Below are positions 63,294-64,000 of a DNA stretch of 64,000 nucleotides, piece after piece. Where the stretch lies: positions 59,408,464 through 59,472,463 of the forward strand of contig NC_043011.1 of NCBI RefSeq assembly GCF_006345805.1, written 5' to 3'. A program made the position numbers and the translations under genes. Position 1 is the stretch's first letter; every line of letters begins with the position of its first letter. Origin of the DNA: Octopus sinensis. Lineage: Eukaryota. A model generated the notes under the pieces. The model saw only the letters and a program-made list of their open reading frames with translations. It did no database searches and was not told the origin of the DNA.

Positions 63294-63464
63294 TATTTCG
63301 AACCTAATATCGAAAAAAAGTCAATGAGAAGCAGATGCAAGTATCCGGGATTACATTTGAATTAATTAGCAAATAAAGACATCCGCCAAAAAAATTAAGA
63401 TTTTTGGAAAATGGAATGTGAGACAGAGACACTTTCAGCCTAATTTTAAGACGGCTACACGTTG

Positions 63465-63605
63465 TAGAGGCAGGTAGCCTAGTGGTTTGGAAGTTGGGCT
63501 TATACTGTGGGTTGGAATCTTGCTCCGGGAAGTGCTGTTTGTTTTTGAGCCAAGTTCGTTATTTTACATCTTTCCTGCGGTTTACTCAGCTAGAAATGAA
63601 TAAGT
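63465..63605 (+). mobile_element. Highly diverged family C-like SINE
   Basis: GTAGCCTAGTGGTT (box A) and GCTGTTTGTTTTTGAGCCAAG...CAGCT.GAAATGA. Confidence 0.35.
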
Positions 63606-64000
63606 CCCAATGGCACATGGAGAGGTAAATCCACGATTGCTTGGCGATGCATGCAGTGGTTTGGTTCTGATTACTCGCCGTAGAAGACTGGAAAATCCGC
63701 TTAAACTCCAACTTCCTCAAACCGAAACCTCGGGGCACACTTAAGAGATCTTCAAACAGAATCGTTTGAATAGTTGTTGAGTTTTCTGTGTGCCTACACT
63801 TTTTGATATAAAGTCCTTATATATTACTGACATTGGATTTTTCCTATGCGGGCGAATCAGAAAGTTTTTAGAACTTTCTTGTAAAAACAGCACAAGACTT
63901 CATTTCGTGCAGACATAGTTGTCATGACAACTAACGCTGATTAATCTTTAATGTCTACCCTCTGTAATTAAAAACAAAAGAAAGCGTGTGTGGTGTCATT

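Overview
Eukaryotic, AT-rich, repeat-saturated animal genomic DNA, most likely from an octopus. That assignment is inferred from the very dense (TA)n/(CA)n/(ATT)n/(ATAG)n microsatellites and from SINE families I recognise from octopus sequences. It looks intergenic or intronic, and I can support no intact host protein-coding gene. Nearly all ORFs in the track are translated microsatellites or decayed transposons. The window holds four tRNA-headed SINE families in about 30 copies, Tc1/mariner relics (one with a countable DD37D spacing), mariner- and hAT-type MITEs, CR1/Jockey-like and RTE LINE fragments, and two stacks of R4/Dong-like retroposon fragments embedded in (TAA)n repeats. The most notable signals not shown by the ORF track are: (1) two hammerhead-ribozyme motifs with complete catalytic cores and palindromic helix III (5002-5116 +, 9044-9089 -), plus several decayed relatives, of the minimal type associated with Penelope-like elements; (2) several long inverted repeats (28.5-28.9 kb, 35.1-36.3 kb, 42.2-42.5 kb, 50.3-51.2 kb, 51.6-51.7 kb), some with signs of fold-back or template-switch origin; (3) modular, chimeric and head-to-tail dimeric SINEs, and a SINE with a ~41-45 bp target duplication; (4) one possible terminal exon at 22.63-22.87 kb. 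All alignments and identity estimates were made by eye and need computational confirmation.
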